From the NCBI RefSeq assembly GCF_009914755.1, contig NC_060927.1: 64,000 bases of DNA; one strand, written 5' to 3'. The notes beneath the pieces are model-generated. The model was not told the origin of the DNA, searched no databases, and saw only the letters and a list, made by a program, of their open reading frames with translations. Shown here one piece after another: positions 30,151 to 47,346 of the stretch. Position 1 is the first letter of the stretch. Each line of letters begins with the position of its first letter. The translations under genes were made by a program, and so were the position numbers. The DNA comes from the human T2T-CHM13v2.0 reference genome, Homo sapiens.

Positions 30151-31439
30151 ACAGCTGTTAGTGGTTGAGAGGTAGCATTTGTTACTAGGGAAATACTGGG
30201 ACACGAAAAATAGTAAAAATTTCAATGACTTGAAAAGTGAGAATGGCACTATGAATATTTAAGGACAAACATCCTGCATATACAAATCTGGACGGATCTT
30301 CAATGGCAGCTAAATGATCTAGTTATGCGTAATCTGTAAAGAAACCCTATAGCTTTATAGCAAACATAGCTGTAGTTTGGATTACATCTTATGCATAAAA
30401 CAAAAACATGTTTTACTATATATTAAACATACGAAGTATAATACTTCTAATTCATAGGTAAGATATCGTGTAGAAAACATTTCAAATATGAAGCACTATT
30501 ATGAAGATAAAAATAGTTTTCAATAATCTGAAGATACTGAAAATAAAATAATATTTTAAATTCCATACACTTTTAAAATATCAACTCTAAATTGCTTTCA
30601 TATGTGTATACTGAAAATAAACTTATTAAAACTGAGCTGAACTAAGTTTCTTAAATATTTAGAAAACATTTTTAGATTTAAATTGAGAAATATCTGCTGA
30701 AAACTTAAAAATCAAACTATTTGCTTTAGAAATACATGGTAAACAATTGAAAATTGTTCAAATATAAATCTGAAATGTCCCCTCTCAGTGTGTCTCTGTC
30801 TTGTAGAAAGCATAGTAACCCATTTCTAAAATTTTTAGCTGATAAAATATGGTTATAGTGCTTACTGCAGCCACTGAGTCACATATAATAAGTATGAGAA
30901 AACATTTAAACATCAAATTCCAATAATTAATGTGTCACTTCATTGTAGAAAAGTTGTAGCAATTGAATAAATGATTGTATATGTAACTAGATATTCAAAC
31001 TCTGGCCTGATTTTAATTAAATTTAACACTTCAACATTTAAAGTAAATTGTTTTTGTTTTAATTTTGTTTAATACTTATTAGATGTAAGAACTTTCGCTC
31101 TTTTGTTGGTAGCTTTATAAAGCTTTATAAAGAAGCCACCACTAAATAATAAAAACAATGCGCCCTGTCCTGGAAACCATTTTTGAATTTTGTTGATAGA
31201 TGGAAGTTGCAAAGACATAATACTACAGGAAAACCTTCCTAAGTTTATGTAAGTTCTTATATGAAACTGATGAATGATACATTTATCCACAATACATTTT
31301 CAGAAAGCAGATTTTATTTCCTCTTCTATGTAAGAAGAATAGCAGACTTATATAATTCACTGGAAATGTATACATAAAATTTAAGTCATAATCAAATTTA
31401 GGATGAACTGATGTAGAACACAAATTGTGGCCAGAGAAG

Positions 31440-31570
31440 AAACAATCTCTTTTAGAGAAAGATATATATATATCATGTTCACAACCTCATCCTCAGCATT
31501 TAGCACTGCTCCTGATCCATGGGAGTAGCTCATCTGGCAGGTGTCTAATAAATATGGATGAATAAATGTA
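31440..31570 (+). mobile_element. L2 3' end fragment
   Basis: 'tcctcagcatttagcact...caggtgtctaataaatatggatgaataaatg'. Confidence 0.6.
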
Positions 31571-31689
31571 AGAATCATTACTTTAGATATGCAGATGGTT
31601 AAAGACAGAGCTTTAGATTGCAAATCAGTTTAGCCTCATCAGTTTTGCATTTTAATCTTGTGGCTCAGCTTCCTTTTTTTCCTAAACAA

Positions 31690-32720
<1,031 letters not shown>

Positions 32721-35056
32721 TAAATAAAAATCCTGCATATCAAATATCTACATTAAGTCCTACATCCACTGTACTCTAAGAGAGGGAAAGTGTTATTATT
32801 TTAAGATTTTGACAGGTTTTCCAGATAGTCGTTTTGCTTGGGGAGGATAAGTGTGCTGTGTGCTGGGAGAGGAGTTGATGATTGGGGGAGGGTGGGAAGG
32901 AGTCCATTCCTGTGGGATGGCTGACAGGTAAAAGATTGAAGGTAAGGTAATTAGCAAAGCTAGGTGGGAGGAGAGGTGCTTCTAGGGCAGTTCCTGAGAT
33001 GAATCTCTAAGTGATATCCCCATTTGTACACTAGTGTAATAGGTTTCCATTTAAAATGAAATTGAAATATAATGAGGCAAATTTGAGGTCTGCCAAGTTT
33101 GTTAAAGTAGAGTCCTACATTTACTCACACTTCTCAGCCGAGCCAATACAATGTAGAACTGTGAAAAGACTAGAATATGTTTGTATTTTCTCTCTCAGTT
33201 ACAATAGGAAACAAACATGTATTTGAAAACTATTTTATAAATAAATTCCTCCTAGGAATTTATGCTATCATCATACCTTTATAATAATAATTACCTAATA
33301 AATAATTTTTAATGAGGTCAAAACAATGGGTTAAGGCCTGTATTCAGCTACTAATATTGTCCTTTCACGACGTTAAATTTATTTCCTTTCTGCTGACCAA
33401 CCATTTTATAAATGTATATTTATTCATATACATGCATGCAGATATATAAATACACATCACCACATAACTGCATGTATAAAGCAGAAGTAAGAGGTGGTAA
33501 AGAGCAAAGTTGCTGTGGTTTATTGCAGGGGAAATGTAAAATAAAAATGAACACCTTAAAGGACATTTTTCTTCCTGATTATGAGTTGGTAATTCTACTG
33601 AGTTTTCTTTAAAATGATGATAACTTTCAATATAAACTGGAAAAATATTAAACAAGGATACATTATGCAAATATTGGTCAACAGCTTCATTATGAAACGC
33701 ATGTTTTGCATGCAATCACTGACTTTTCTTTTTGGGAATTATAATAACTTTGTACCAAGTGCATACTTTTGCTCAAAGATACGTTTAAATGATAACACTA
33801 TCCCTAGTGGTACAAGGTTGGAAAGCCATATTAACTAATTTATCAAATGCACTATCCAGAAGAGCTGGCTCTTCACTTTTTTTTTTAAATAAGAAGCCAG
33901 TGTTCACATGAGAATGTTTTTAAAATCAGATATTAGCTTCCAACATAAATTAAGCATTAATATGTGCCAGTCTCCGAAAGGACCATGTATATGAATTCTT
34001 GACTTACTGAACAATAATCTTTTGATAGTACTTTCTTTGAACTTTGTTGGAACTATTTATCTTTTCTCAATAAATTATTTATAGAATATGGAAACTCATA
34101 CCCAATGGATGTCTATCAATACCTTTACAAATTACAAGTGGTTTTCCAAAGTAATTGTTCAAACGTTTTAATTTATAAATGGAAAGACTGGAGAGATGGA
34201 ATTTCATTCCTTTATGTTCTTGTAAAATCTAGAGATGTGCATACACAACAAAATTTTGCCCCCGCAGTCATTAGAAAAGCAATTAATGGGACTCTAGGAG
34301 ATTGAGAGAAAATGGTCTAAAGTGGGACTTCTCAAGTATGTATCTCATGAGGTGGTCCAATTATTCAGAGCTAGGCAGTCACAATTCTAGGCTGACTCAG
34401 ATGGGTCATATTATTTGTGCAGTAGGCTCAGAAAGAAACTATGAAACATTCTCCTATTGTTTCACTTTTTAAACATCTAGACCTCTGGCTCAATTGTATA
34501 ATTGGTTATGTGCTTAATACTATATTACCGATCCTTAAACAAATACTTATGAGACACATTACTAGGTATTGTGGGGGATGGATAGTACTCACTTAAAAGG
34601 AACTTATGATATACTTAGAAAAACCAAAATCTTAAAAGGATATTTTCCCTAAATACATATTAGTATACAACTAATAACCTAAGGCTTCTTTGGCCCAAAC
34701 ATTTTGTTTGAAAATTCCTACTAGAGAAATATGTTCAAATTGGTTTAATTTAGTTTTCCATAATTATTCCACCAGTGAACACATCTCTAATTTTTTTCTA
34801 TACTCTGTAGCATGAAATTTTCTTGAGCACATCTGGGAAGCCCTGGTCTGACAGGCAAGTGGCGGACATTAACTCACAGGCCCAATTATGACATTGCACA
34901 ACAGTCATTTAAAGTCTCAGCCTTACTTACTCTGCTTGTGATATGTTGTGCAGTTGAGATGGATGCTCGCTGAAGGACTCCCAAGCTCCAAGTCTCTAGG
35001 GTTTCTTGAGTCATAAACTCTATGCTGCCACTAAAATAGTAAAAATTCTAGAGGGG

Positions 35057-35793
35057 AGAAGTCAATGTGACTTGTCTGTCTGTCTAATTAAATTTCTTCT
35101 ATAAGAAAATAGGCTGTTTTAAATATGTCTAGATATTTATTCTACAATACCAGGTAAATAAGTATTTGATTTATAAGTTTAGGTTCAAAGTTAATTTATC
35201 TATATTTAACATCAGAATATTCACATATCTAAAAAAGTATTAGTACAGTGAGTTAAATTTTGTTTTGTTTTTGAAAAGGAATTTTATACACTTATTACAC
35301 TAGAGCAGCATAACATTTCTGCCAAATGTAGAGGTGAAGAATTCCCAGGCTGAGGTAAATGGGTTGATATAGATCACTAAACATTCAGTGAATTTGTTCT
35401 TCCTTAAAATGTACCCATTCTACAGAAGTCAATGTGACTTGTTTGATGTCTGTCTAATTAAATTTATTCTATAAGAAAATAGATCTTATTAAATATGTCT
35501 AGATATTTATTCTAGAATATCAGGTAAATAAGTATTTGATTTATAAGTTTGGGTTGAAAGTTAATTTATCTATAATTAACATATCAGAATATTCGTATAT
35601 CTATAAAAGTATTAGTACAGTGAGTTAAATTTTGTTTTTGAAAAGTAATTGTATACACTCATTACACTAGAACAGCATAACATTTCTGCCAAATATAGAG
35701 GTGAAGAATTCCCAGACTGAGGTAAATGGGTTGATATAGATCTCTAAACATTCAGTGAATTTGTTCTTCCTTAAAATGTACTCCATTCTACAG
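35057..35793. repeat. Tandem duplication, two copies of about 367 bp
   Basis: Copy 1 is 35057-35423 and copy 2 is 35424-35793; both start AGAAGTCAATGTGACTTG and end CATTCTAC; about 93% identical by manual comparison. Confidence 0.97.
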
Positions 35794-36014
35794 CAATATA
35801 TAAAGTATACTAATCCATGACTCTACTCCATAATTAATGTTTACTTTATATTCATTTCAAATTTTCTTAATTGCTTTTGTTTAACCTTCAGAGAATTTGG
35901 ACTGTCAAGTTATTTTTTTCTGCTATTAGTTTTACCTTTTATGTTTAGAGTGATAGGAAAGATGTTGGAAATGCTAGTAGTGTGCCAGTATCTTTGTATA
36001 GAGTTCCAGTTGGA

Positions 36015-36657
36015 TTTTTTTTATTATTATTATACTTTAAGTTTTAGGATACATGTGCACAATGTGCAGGTTTGTTACATATGTATACATGTGCCATGTT
36101 GGTGTGCTGCACCCATTAACTGGTCATTTAGCATTTGGTATATATCCTAATGCTATCCCTTCCCCCTCCCCACACCCCACAACAGTCTGCGGAGTGTGAT
36201 GTTCCCTTTCCTGTGTCCATGTGTTCTCATTGTTCAATTCCCACCTATGAGTGAGAACATGCGGTGTTTGGTTTTTTGTCCTTGTGATAGTTTGCTGAGA
36301 ATGATGGTTTCCAGTTTCATCCATGTCCCTACAAAGGACATGAATTCTTCATTTTTTATGGCTGCATAGTATTCCATGGTGTATATGTGCCACATTTTCT
36401 TAATCCAGTCTATCATTGTTGGACATTTGGGTTGGTTCCAAGTCTTTGCTATTGTGAATAGTGCCGCAATAAACATATGTGGGCATGTGTCTTTATAGCA
36501 GCATGATTTATAATCCTTTGGGTATGTACCCAGCAATGGGATGGCCGGGTCAAATGGTATTTCTAGTTCTAGATCCCTGAGGAATCGCCACACTGACTTC
36601 CACAATGGTTGAACTAGTTTACAGTCCCACCAACAGTGTAAAAGTGTTCCTATTTCT
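36015..36657 (-). mobile_element. 5'-truncated L1PA (about L1PA4/5): ORF2 C-terminus and 3' UTR
   Basis: ORF 36234-36605 is the ORF2p C-terminus ([21 protein letters not shown]...MFSLIGGN); 3' UTR and T-rich tail present. Confidence 0.97.
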
Positions 36658-37379
36658 AAGAGTTTTTAGTATGTATTCCTTTGATTGGACATACAGCTGT
36701 AATTGGCAAATTTTTCTCACAATAATGGTCCATCACTCACACTCGTGATCTCTTCATTATCTGCCCTAGCAGACTGATACATCAATGAGAAAAATAATCT
36801 TCAAGTTGAGTGGTCTTTTCCTATGGTTCTTTCATTCATGTTGACTTTTTCCTTATCATTCACATAAGCCCCTACATAGTAGTCCTCAGTTTTACTTTCC
36901 GTCAGAATCAGGTGGTGTGCTTGTTTAAAGCTTCATTCACAAACCTCCAATTTAGTGGAATATAAATTGTACCTGAGGATTGTGGAATAAACTCTTTTTC
37001 AGACATAAATTGGGGAAAATGGAATTGTAAATAATTAGAGAATGAATTTGTGTCATAGGAAATGAGACTGGTTCCTAGGCTATAAGGATTGATATGGCAG
37101 AATATGTTCCAGCAACCATGTGATTGGCATTAGTCTTTGTCTGCATGATAAAAGCATCTGTAGTGCATTCTGGCATAGGAAGAAGAGAAAGTGCAATCTA
37201 TTGCTTGCTGCAAGAAAATTACGGACTGAATTCCCAGATTCTTTATTCTTACTTATCCTGGACATTATCGTAGAAAAAAAAAAAAAAAGAAGTATTTTTT
37301 TAATCTAGAATTTTACCCTAAACCAAAGGTACACAGTTTAAACAGTAGTTAAATGTAAGAGGGAAAAAAAAATATGACC

Positions 37380-37520
37380 AAAGTTAAGAAATCTTAACTT
37401 TCTATCTTTAATTTACCACTTACCAAATTGTATAACCTTGCACAAGTCACCACGCTTTTTTGAACCTTAGTTTCAAAATCAATTAAATGGATTAGATGAT
37501 ATCAAAAATTGCCTTCCAAC
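37380..37520 (+). mobile_element. MIR-family SINE fragment
   Basis: 'accacttacc...tgtataaccttgcacaagtcac...tgaaccttagtttc...ggattagatgat'. Confidence 0.65.
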
Positions 37521-37657
37521 TATTATAGACTGAATTTGGATGTAAGGGGGAGATAAGTCACTGTAATTTATTATCTCCTTATTTTCTAGAAGGAGGACAT
37601 CTAGTTTTATAAAAATTCTGATATGAAGCTAAAAGAATGTAAGGCTACAAATAACTA

Positions 37658-37897
37658 TATTCGTCCCTCAGTACACATGGGGTATTGGTTCCAGGATCAC
37701 CCACGTATACCCAAATATGTGCATACAGAAGTCTCACAGTTGGTCCTGGGGAACCCACGTGTCTGAAAGTTACCCTGTGCATATGCTTGCTCCGCACCTC
37801 GTGAATGCTGTATTTTTGATCCATGTTTGGTTGAAAAACAAATCCGCGTATAAGTGGAGCCATGCAGTTCAAACCTGAGTTGTTCATGGATCAACTG
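37658..37897 (-). mobile_element. MER8 (TcMar-Tigger) DNA transposon
   Basis: 'tcgtccctcagta...attggttccagga...aaatccgcgtataagtgga...gcagttcaaacc...gttgttca..gatcaactg', flanked by TA at 37656-37657 and 37898-37899. Confidence 0.9.
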
Positions 37898-38475
37898 TAA
37901 TTTTGAAACAGTTTCCTACACACTGCTTATTACTGTTTGGCATGATTTCCTTCTTGGGCACACTACTATTGACAAACTTTTCATTTTATACCCATAACCC
38001 ACCTACCTGAAGTATTCCTGAGTTTGGTTCCTGTAATACAATATGTAATCAAACAAATAAAACTCAGAAAGAACTTTGCTGGTATAGAACAGAGAATGTA
38101 TACACCATTTTTATCCTTCAGGGCTAGAACTCCCCAAAAGCACACCAAAATAATCACCCCAAATTAAATAGAATATCAAACTATTTATGTTCTGTGAAGA
38201 CAACATAATACATTTTTCCCCAAGGGAGGACACCTGACATTTAGAAGGGGATGTTCCTGAAACTTACCCAGAGAGGAGAAGGAAGTGTAAAGAAAAGGTA
38301 TTTTCTCAAAGTCCAATAACATAACATGGCATAAGATTGAAAACTCCATCAGGGTTTGATCGCCTACATCTGGATATTTCTCTGAAAGCATAATATGAAT
38401 AATATAATAAAAGGAAACATATGAGACACTTACTTATAAGTTCTCCCTTAGTTGCAGAAACTTGATGATGTGTAA

Positions 38476-38786
<311 letters not shown>

Positions 38787-39990
38787 TCTTGTAATTTGTT
38801 TGTGCTCAAGTGCTTTGCATGCATGGCTATACACTAGCGATGGAATGGGAGCTTTTAAAATAACAGCATAGGTTTAGTGTTAAGCTTTTCTGGAAGTAGG
38901 AGAACAGAGCAATAGTGAGTGTACATAAAACCATATCTATCATGACTCATTTAAAAAGTTTATAATTGAATTTTATTTATTCCATACTGTTTTTTTTTCC
39001 TCATTGTTCTGCACTTTCTGATTTCCTGCTGTAAAGAGAGCCTGAAGCAATCTGCTCTAGTCTTGAGGAACTTTGGTGACTATTACACTTTCAGTGTCTC
39101 TGTTGCTCTAAATTTTTCTTTCCCAGGTAAAACAGTGTTCCACTATTTTAAAACCTTCTCCAGTGATGGCTTCATGGATTTCTTGTATTTCTTTATACTT
39201 CAGTATCTAAATATTCTTTTGGAATCACTGTACTACCAAAGTGATTTTTGTTGCTATTTTAAAATCACATTTGTTCTACATGTCTAATTAAGTTCTGCTT
39301 GTCTTCATAACCATCGGTTGTGGGTTGCCAAGTAACACAGGGCAGAACATGCTTTCAAGCGTGCAGTGATTATTATGGCTATATATTATCTTCTCATAAC
39401 ATATTTGCTTCATGTCTTGTTGCTAAATATTCAACATTTTCCAAAACATGCCTTATCTATCCTAATGCATTGAAAAATAAAGCATCAACCAAAACTAGCA
39501 TTAACTTTTTATGAGTGTGGTAGATTAGAAAGTTGACAGATAAATTAAATCTCATTGGGTTACACATAGTTTTCACTTGCAGGAGTATTTCTATAAGTAT
39601 TATGAAAATATATTTAAAGCACCAAAAACATGGCAGAGAGTCAAAACAAATTTTCATTTGTAGCTTGTAACTTTATATTCTAAAAAACGAGGAGACTCAT
39701 ACACACTTTGGAATGGAGCCCTTGAAGTGCATGGATTTTGTAAATAAGAATTATCACAGATAAAGAGAAATTGAAAAACCCTCATCAACTGCATTTTTAG
39801 AATCAGCATTTTTAAGTGCATGTAATTCAAAAATTACTTTCAATGATGTCATATGTAAATTAGATCCAGTGTAAAGTGGTTTTTAAACATCACATAAGCT
39901 TATGATAGTCTTTTGTCATGTGCAATTCTTCTAACTGCTGAACATTAGGAAAAATTTCAAAGAATAAGATGTCATACAAATCAACCTACA

Positions 39991-40303
<313 letters not shown>

Positions 40304-43037
40304 TTACTAGTTAAATACTATCTTATGCTGTTAGCATTCTATTGCCATGCATAGAATGTTATTCTATGTTGCTAGTGTCTAGTTGTTTTGTAATACCACA
40401 TTGCCTTGTTACGATATATTATAACGTATAAAGGCCTCCAAAAAAAGATGAAAAGTAGATCACTTACATTTCTTAAAATGTGGTATGTTGTATCAAACCT
40501 AAATACCTAAAATTTCTTGATTCCTTAGCATTTTAATATCATGCATGAACATGTTTCACCTTAGGTGCATTATCCTACTAAAATCATCAAACATACTGGA
40601 TAATAATGTAGGTAATTCATTTGTCTAATCAATTTCTTTCAAAATATTCTTTAAAAAAATTCTCAAATGTTTTCAGAATTGCATGACTACAGCTTAGAAG
40701 TATTGTGTTTCTAAAATTGTATTTGGGGTTAATGAACAATATAATTTGGTAGAGTTACTGAGTTTTCATATTTAATGTTTACTTTAATTGGAAAATTTTA
40801 ATTATAGAATGCTGAGGTGATGCTTGAGTGAATCGGATTTTGTGTACAGACACTTGATTCCATACTTAAGAACGTAGATGAAAATCACAGTTGATGTCAA
40901 GGCAGGTTGTGCATGTTAAGATGACACCCACAGTGTGTATCTAACTCTTCAGGTGTCAGTTTCTCTTAATTGGAAGTCAGGCTTGCCCTAGTAGTAGAAG
41001 ACTGACAGGGGAATGTCCTTGATCCATAAAGCTATATTCTCACTCAGAAGTCAGCTTAACATATGGAATCCTGATTTTGTAAAAAATAAAATAAATAAAT
41101 AAAAAAAGTCTTATGTAGCCTGTTCTGCTTCCTTGTGATATAAAGCTTAATCTGGCTCAGAGCTCCAACCCCTGCCATTGTTATGCCATGCCTTTTATCT
41201 GGGGTCCCCTCTTTACCTCCTTTTATATACAATACTGTGACATTTCCGTTGGTACCTCATTTGCTTAGGCTATTCATTAATCAATAAACATTTGGGTCAT
41301 GAATAAATGAACATTCCCATAAAATCAAATTTACAAATATTGCTGGGGAGACAAAAATAATTGATGAAGCATTTACATAGTTAAAACATTTGATAGTTTA
41401 CTTCAGTTACAAGCACAGAGAGTATAGAAAAAGATTTTGATGTTTAATATACATAATCACAACTAAAATCAGGGAGTACCTCCTTTTTAACCTCTAGCTG
41501 ATCTTGGAATTTCTTTTGTAGTGTATAATTGGGAAACAATAGGGACCAATGCTCTTTCCTGATCTCAAAGAAGCCCACTCTCTAGAGAGAAAAGCAAGAC
41601 CTATAATATTGAAGATTTGAGAAAAAGTTAAATTGTGATAAAACATGCTGATTTCTCACACTGACTTAGGAAAAGCACCTAAGCCTCAAAAACTAGAATT
41701 GTCTTAGGAGTTAATGCTGTGGCTATTCTTGTCCTGGCATTTGGGTGAATGCATGAATTCTTTATTTCAGTTTATAGAATAAGATAAACTATCGAGAACT
41801 TCAGGTTGCTGCATAATTTTGACAGCCATTCCCTGTACCTCCCATAGTAGTATATTTTACTTAAAAAAATGTGGGAGGAAGGAAAGGGCACTCATAAATA
41901 TTTCCACAAAGTAATCAAGACTTTGTTCACAGGCCTTGTGAGTCAATGATAAGGTAACCTAAGACACATTTTTGAATAGCTATATAAATACAGCATACGG
42001 CTATGCACATTCTATTGCTGGGCAACAGTGGACAGTCATTAATTCCCAAGGAAACAGAACTTTAAATGAGAAAGGCTACCTTGGAAATGCTCAGGAAAAA
42101 TAAAAAGCAATTACAGTGAATAAGCCTGTGTGAGTTCATGGAAGAATATATTTGTAATGAATAATTCTTAATTATCTGCAGACTAGGAATATCTATGTTT
42201 TAACGTAGGGAGAAACAGTAACCAACAGATCAGAGGTTTCAGATGACTCGATTGATGGTTTCCTGGCAGTTTCTAAGAAAAGATTCAGGGAAACTTCAAA
42301 AAGTAATTATATTTTTTCTTTACGTATAAATAAAAAAATTTAGTGTAACCATAAATAAAGTTTTATTTATCCATTCATTGATTTGTGTAAGAAATAATCA
42401 CTGAGCTTCAACAAAAAAAAATGTAATTCAGTATGATAGTTTCCTGTGTAATTTATCATGAGGGAGCACAAGATAAATGACCCTAGGATTCTGTCTATAA
42501 GAAACTTACAATACTATGTATAAGAAAATGGCATGTTCACAAATAAGAAAAACTTACACTGTAACTTGCCAAATGTAATAATGGAGGCACAGAATAACCG
42601 AATGGGAGTTCAGAAGAAAATGCATTTAATGCTAGCTTGCAGCTGAATGGAAAATCATGAAATTTTCAGAGATGAAAAATATATTTGATTTTTATGCACA
42701 AAGGTGGGTACTTTGGACATCTGGCAAGGGGGGAGGCATCCCATCTGAATGTAAGCAAAAGCACATACGAAACAATATTCCAGAACGTGAGTACTTCAAG
42801 GAGTACTTGAATTAGATTGGTGGAAATTCAGATTGGGGAAGAACAGTTTTGACCACATTGTGTGGCGGAGGAATGTAGTGGGCTAGGATGACATGTAAAG
42901 AAATTGGATTATTTTTGAGGAGAAGTAGGTAACCACACATGATTTTTGAGCAGGAGGTAATTGTTTTGATAAGAGAAATAAATTTGATGATTTAGAAAAA
43001 GTGAGATGTAAAAGAATAATTAGAAAGCTGTTCAATT

Positions 43038-45138
<2,101 letters not shown>

Positions 45139-46536
45139 AGAAAGCTGTTCAATTAATCCAGACAAAATACATATGAGCTACTGAAATGAAAATGGAAGCC
45201 AAGGGAATGGAGAGCAGAGGTAAAGTGAGGGAACATTATGAAGGTTGCATTGATACGACATATCAAATTTTAATATGTAAATGTGAATGGGGCAGATGAA
45301 AGTAAGGAAGATGGAGATTTTTTCCCTTAGGATTCCAGGGCAATAAAGCTAATAGTAGCACAAAAGGCAAATAGCTAAGGAGGAACAGATTTTGAAGAGA
45401 AGGTACTTTCTTCCATTTGTAGCATCCACCTGGTTTGAAGTGTTAGTGAACCATTCCAGAATGAACATCCCAGTACATAGTTTTAAAGGAGGAACAGTAT
45501 TTGGGCACAGGTTCCTTATTCACTTATACCATAAATGAATATTGTGGCATATTATGTGAGAGGTACCATGGTATGCTCTGGGAAAATAAAGATTAATAAG
45601 GCACAAGCTCCTTCTATCAATGATCTAATGTAAAATATATCCATCTAAACAGGAACTAATAATTTTGTATTAGTAACCTAGTATTTGGATATTAATTAAA
45701 ACAAGTACGGGGAAACGTAGCCTTGCCTGATCAGGGAAAATGTGATGGCAGTGAATTCTAGGCAGTTTATGACAAGGCAGAATAGGGAGGGGTAGAGGGA
45801 GGCAAAAATGTTCAGAAGAGAGAAGCATCTATATACAGCATTCAACAAGTTGCCAAAGCTGGAGAAAGTCATTGGCCCATCATAACAACTATTGTCTACA
45901 CAAATAGTGAGTTTGGGTAATTCTATGAAGAAAGAGAATTAGGAGATCTAAAAGAAAACTTACAGTAGGTAGATCATTTGGAAGTATCCACATAGGATAC
46001 AATTAGTAGGAGGGACGAAAAGAAAAAGTGGGACAGGGAGACAGAAGCAGCCAAAGAGGTAAGATAACAACTGATTGTCACAAGGAAGATACAGTGTCAT
46101 ACACCATCTATCGCTGTCCCATTTTACAAAGGTATGGCATCAACTAAAAATTTTCATTGGCATTGGCACAAAGGATAATATAATATTGATACTCTTAAAT
46201 AAATTTATGGAATATAAGAATGTGTGTGAGGGAGGGTTTAGAAAAGTTGAAAAAGTTTTGCAAAAAACGGGAACAGAATATATATGGATATTTCATAAGT
46301 TTTGGTAATAAAAAGAAGAATGAGTAAAGTACACAATTGGCCAGAAGCACGTAATTGGCACATAAAAGGATGGTCACCATCACCAGTCATTAAGAAAATA
46401 CAATTCAAAGCCACAATGATATACCACTTCGCAACATTAGGATGGCTATTGTAAAACAAAGCAAAACATAAAATAACAAGTGTTGGTGACGAAGGCAAAA
46501 AATTAGGTCCCTTAAGCATTGCTGATAGGATTGTAA

Positions 46537-47016
<480 letters not shown>

Positions 47017-47075
47017 CAGTATGACTATTTCTTTAAAAGTTAAATACACAATTACCATATGATCCAGCATTTCCA

Positions 47076-47346
47076 TCTCTGGGTATATACACAGAATAAT
47101 TTAAAGCAGGCACACAAACAGGTATTTGTACTGTCATGTTTCTAGTAGCATTATTTACAATAGCCAATAGTTGGAAACAAATGTCTGTAAATGGTTGCAT
47201 AGATAAAAATGTCTCTGGGCATATACACAGAATAATTTAAAGCAGGCACACAAATAGGTATTTGTACAGTCATGTTTCTAGCAGCATTATTTACAATAGC
47301 CAATAGTTGGAAACAAATGTCTGTAAATGGTTGCATAGATAAAATG
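47076..47346. repeat. Tandem duplication, two copies of about 136 bp, inside L1MB
   Basis: Copies at 47076-47211 and 47212-47346 differ by 4 substitutions and one A. Confidence 0.97.

Noticed and set aside
33241-33263. Short perfect hairpins here, at 37380-37401 and at 51431-51454
   Set aside because: AT-rich 10-bp stems with short loops are expected by chance in 64 kb of AT-rich DNA.
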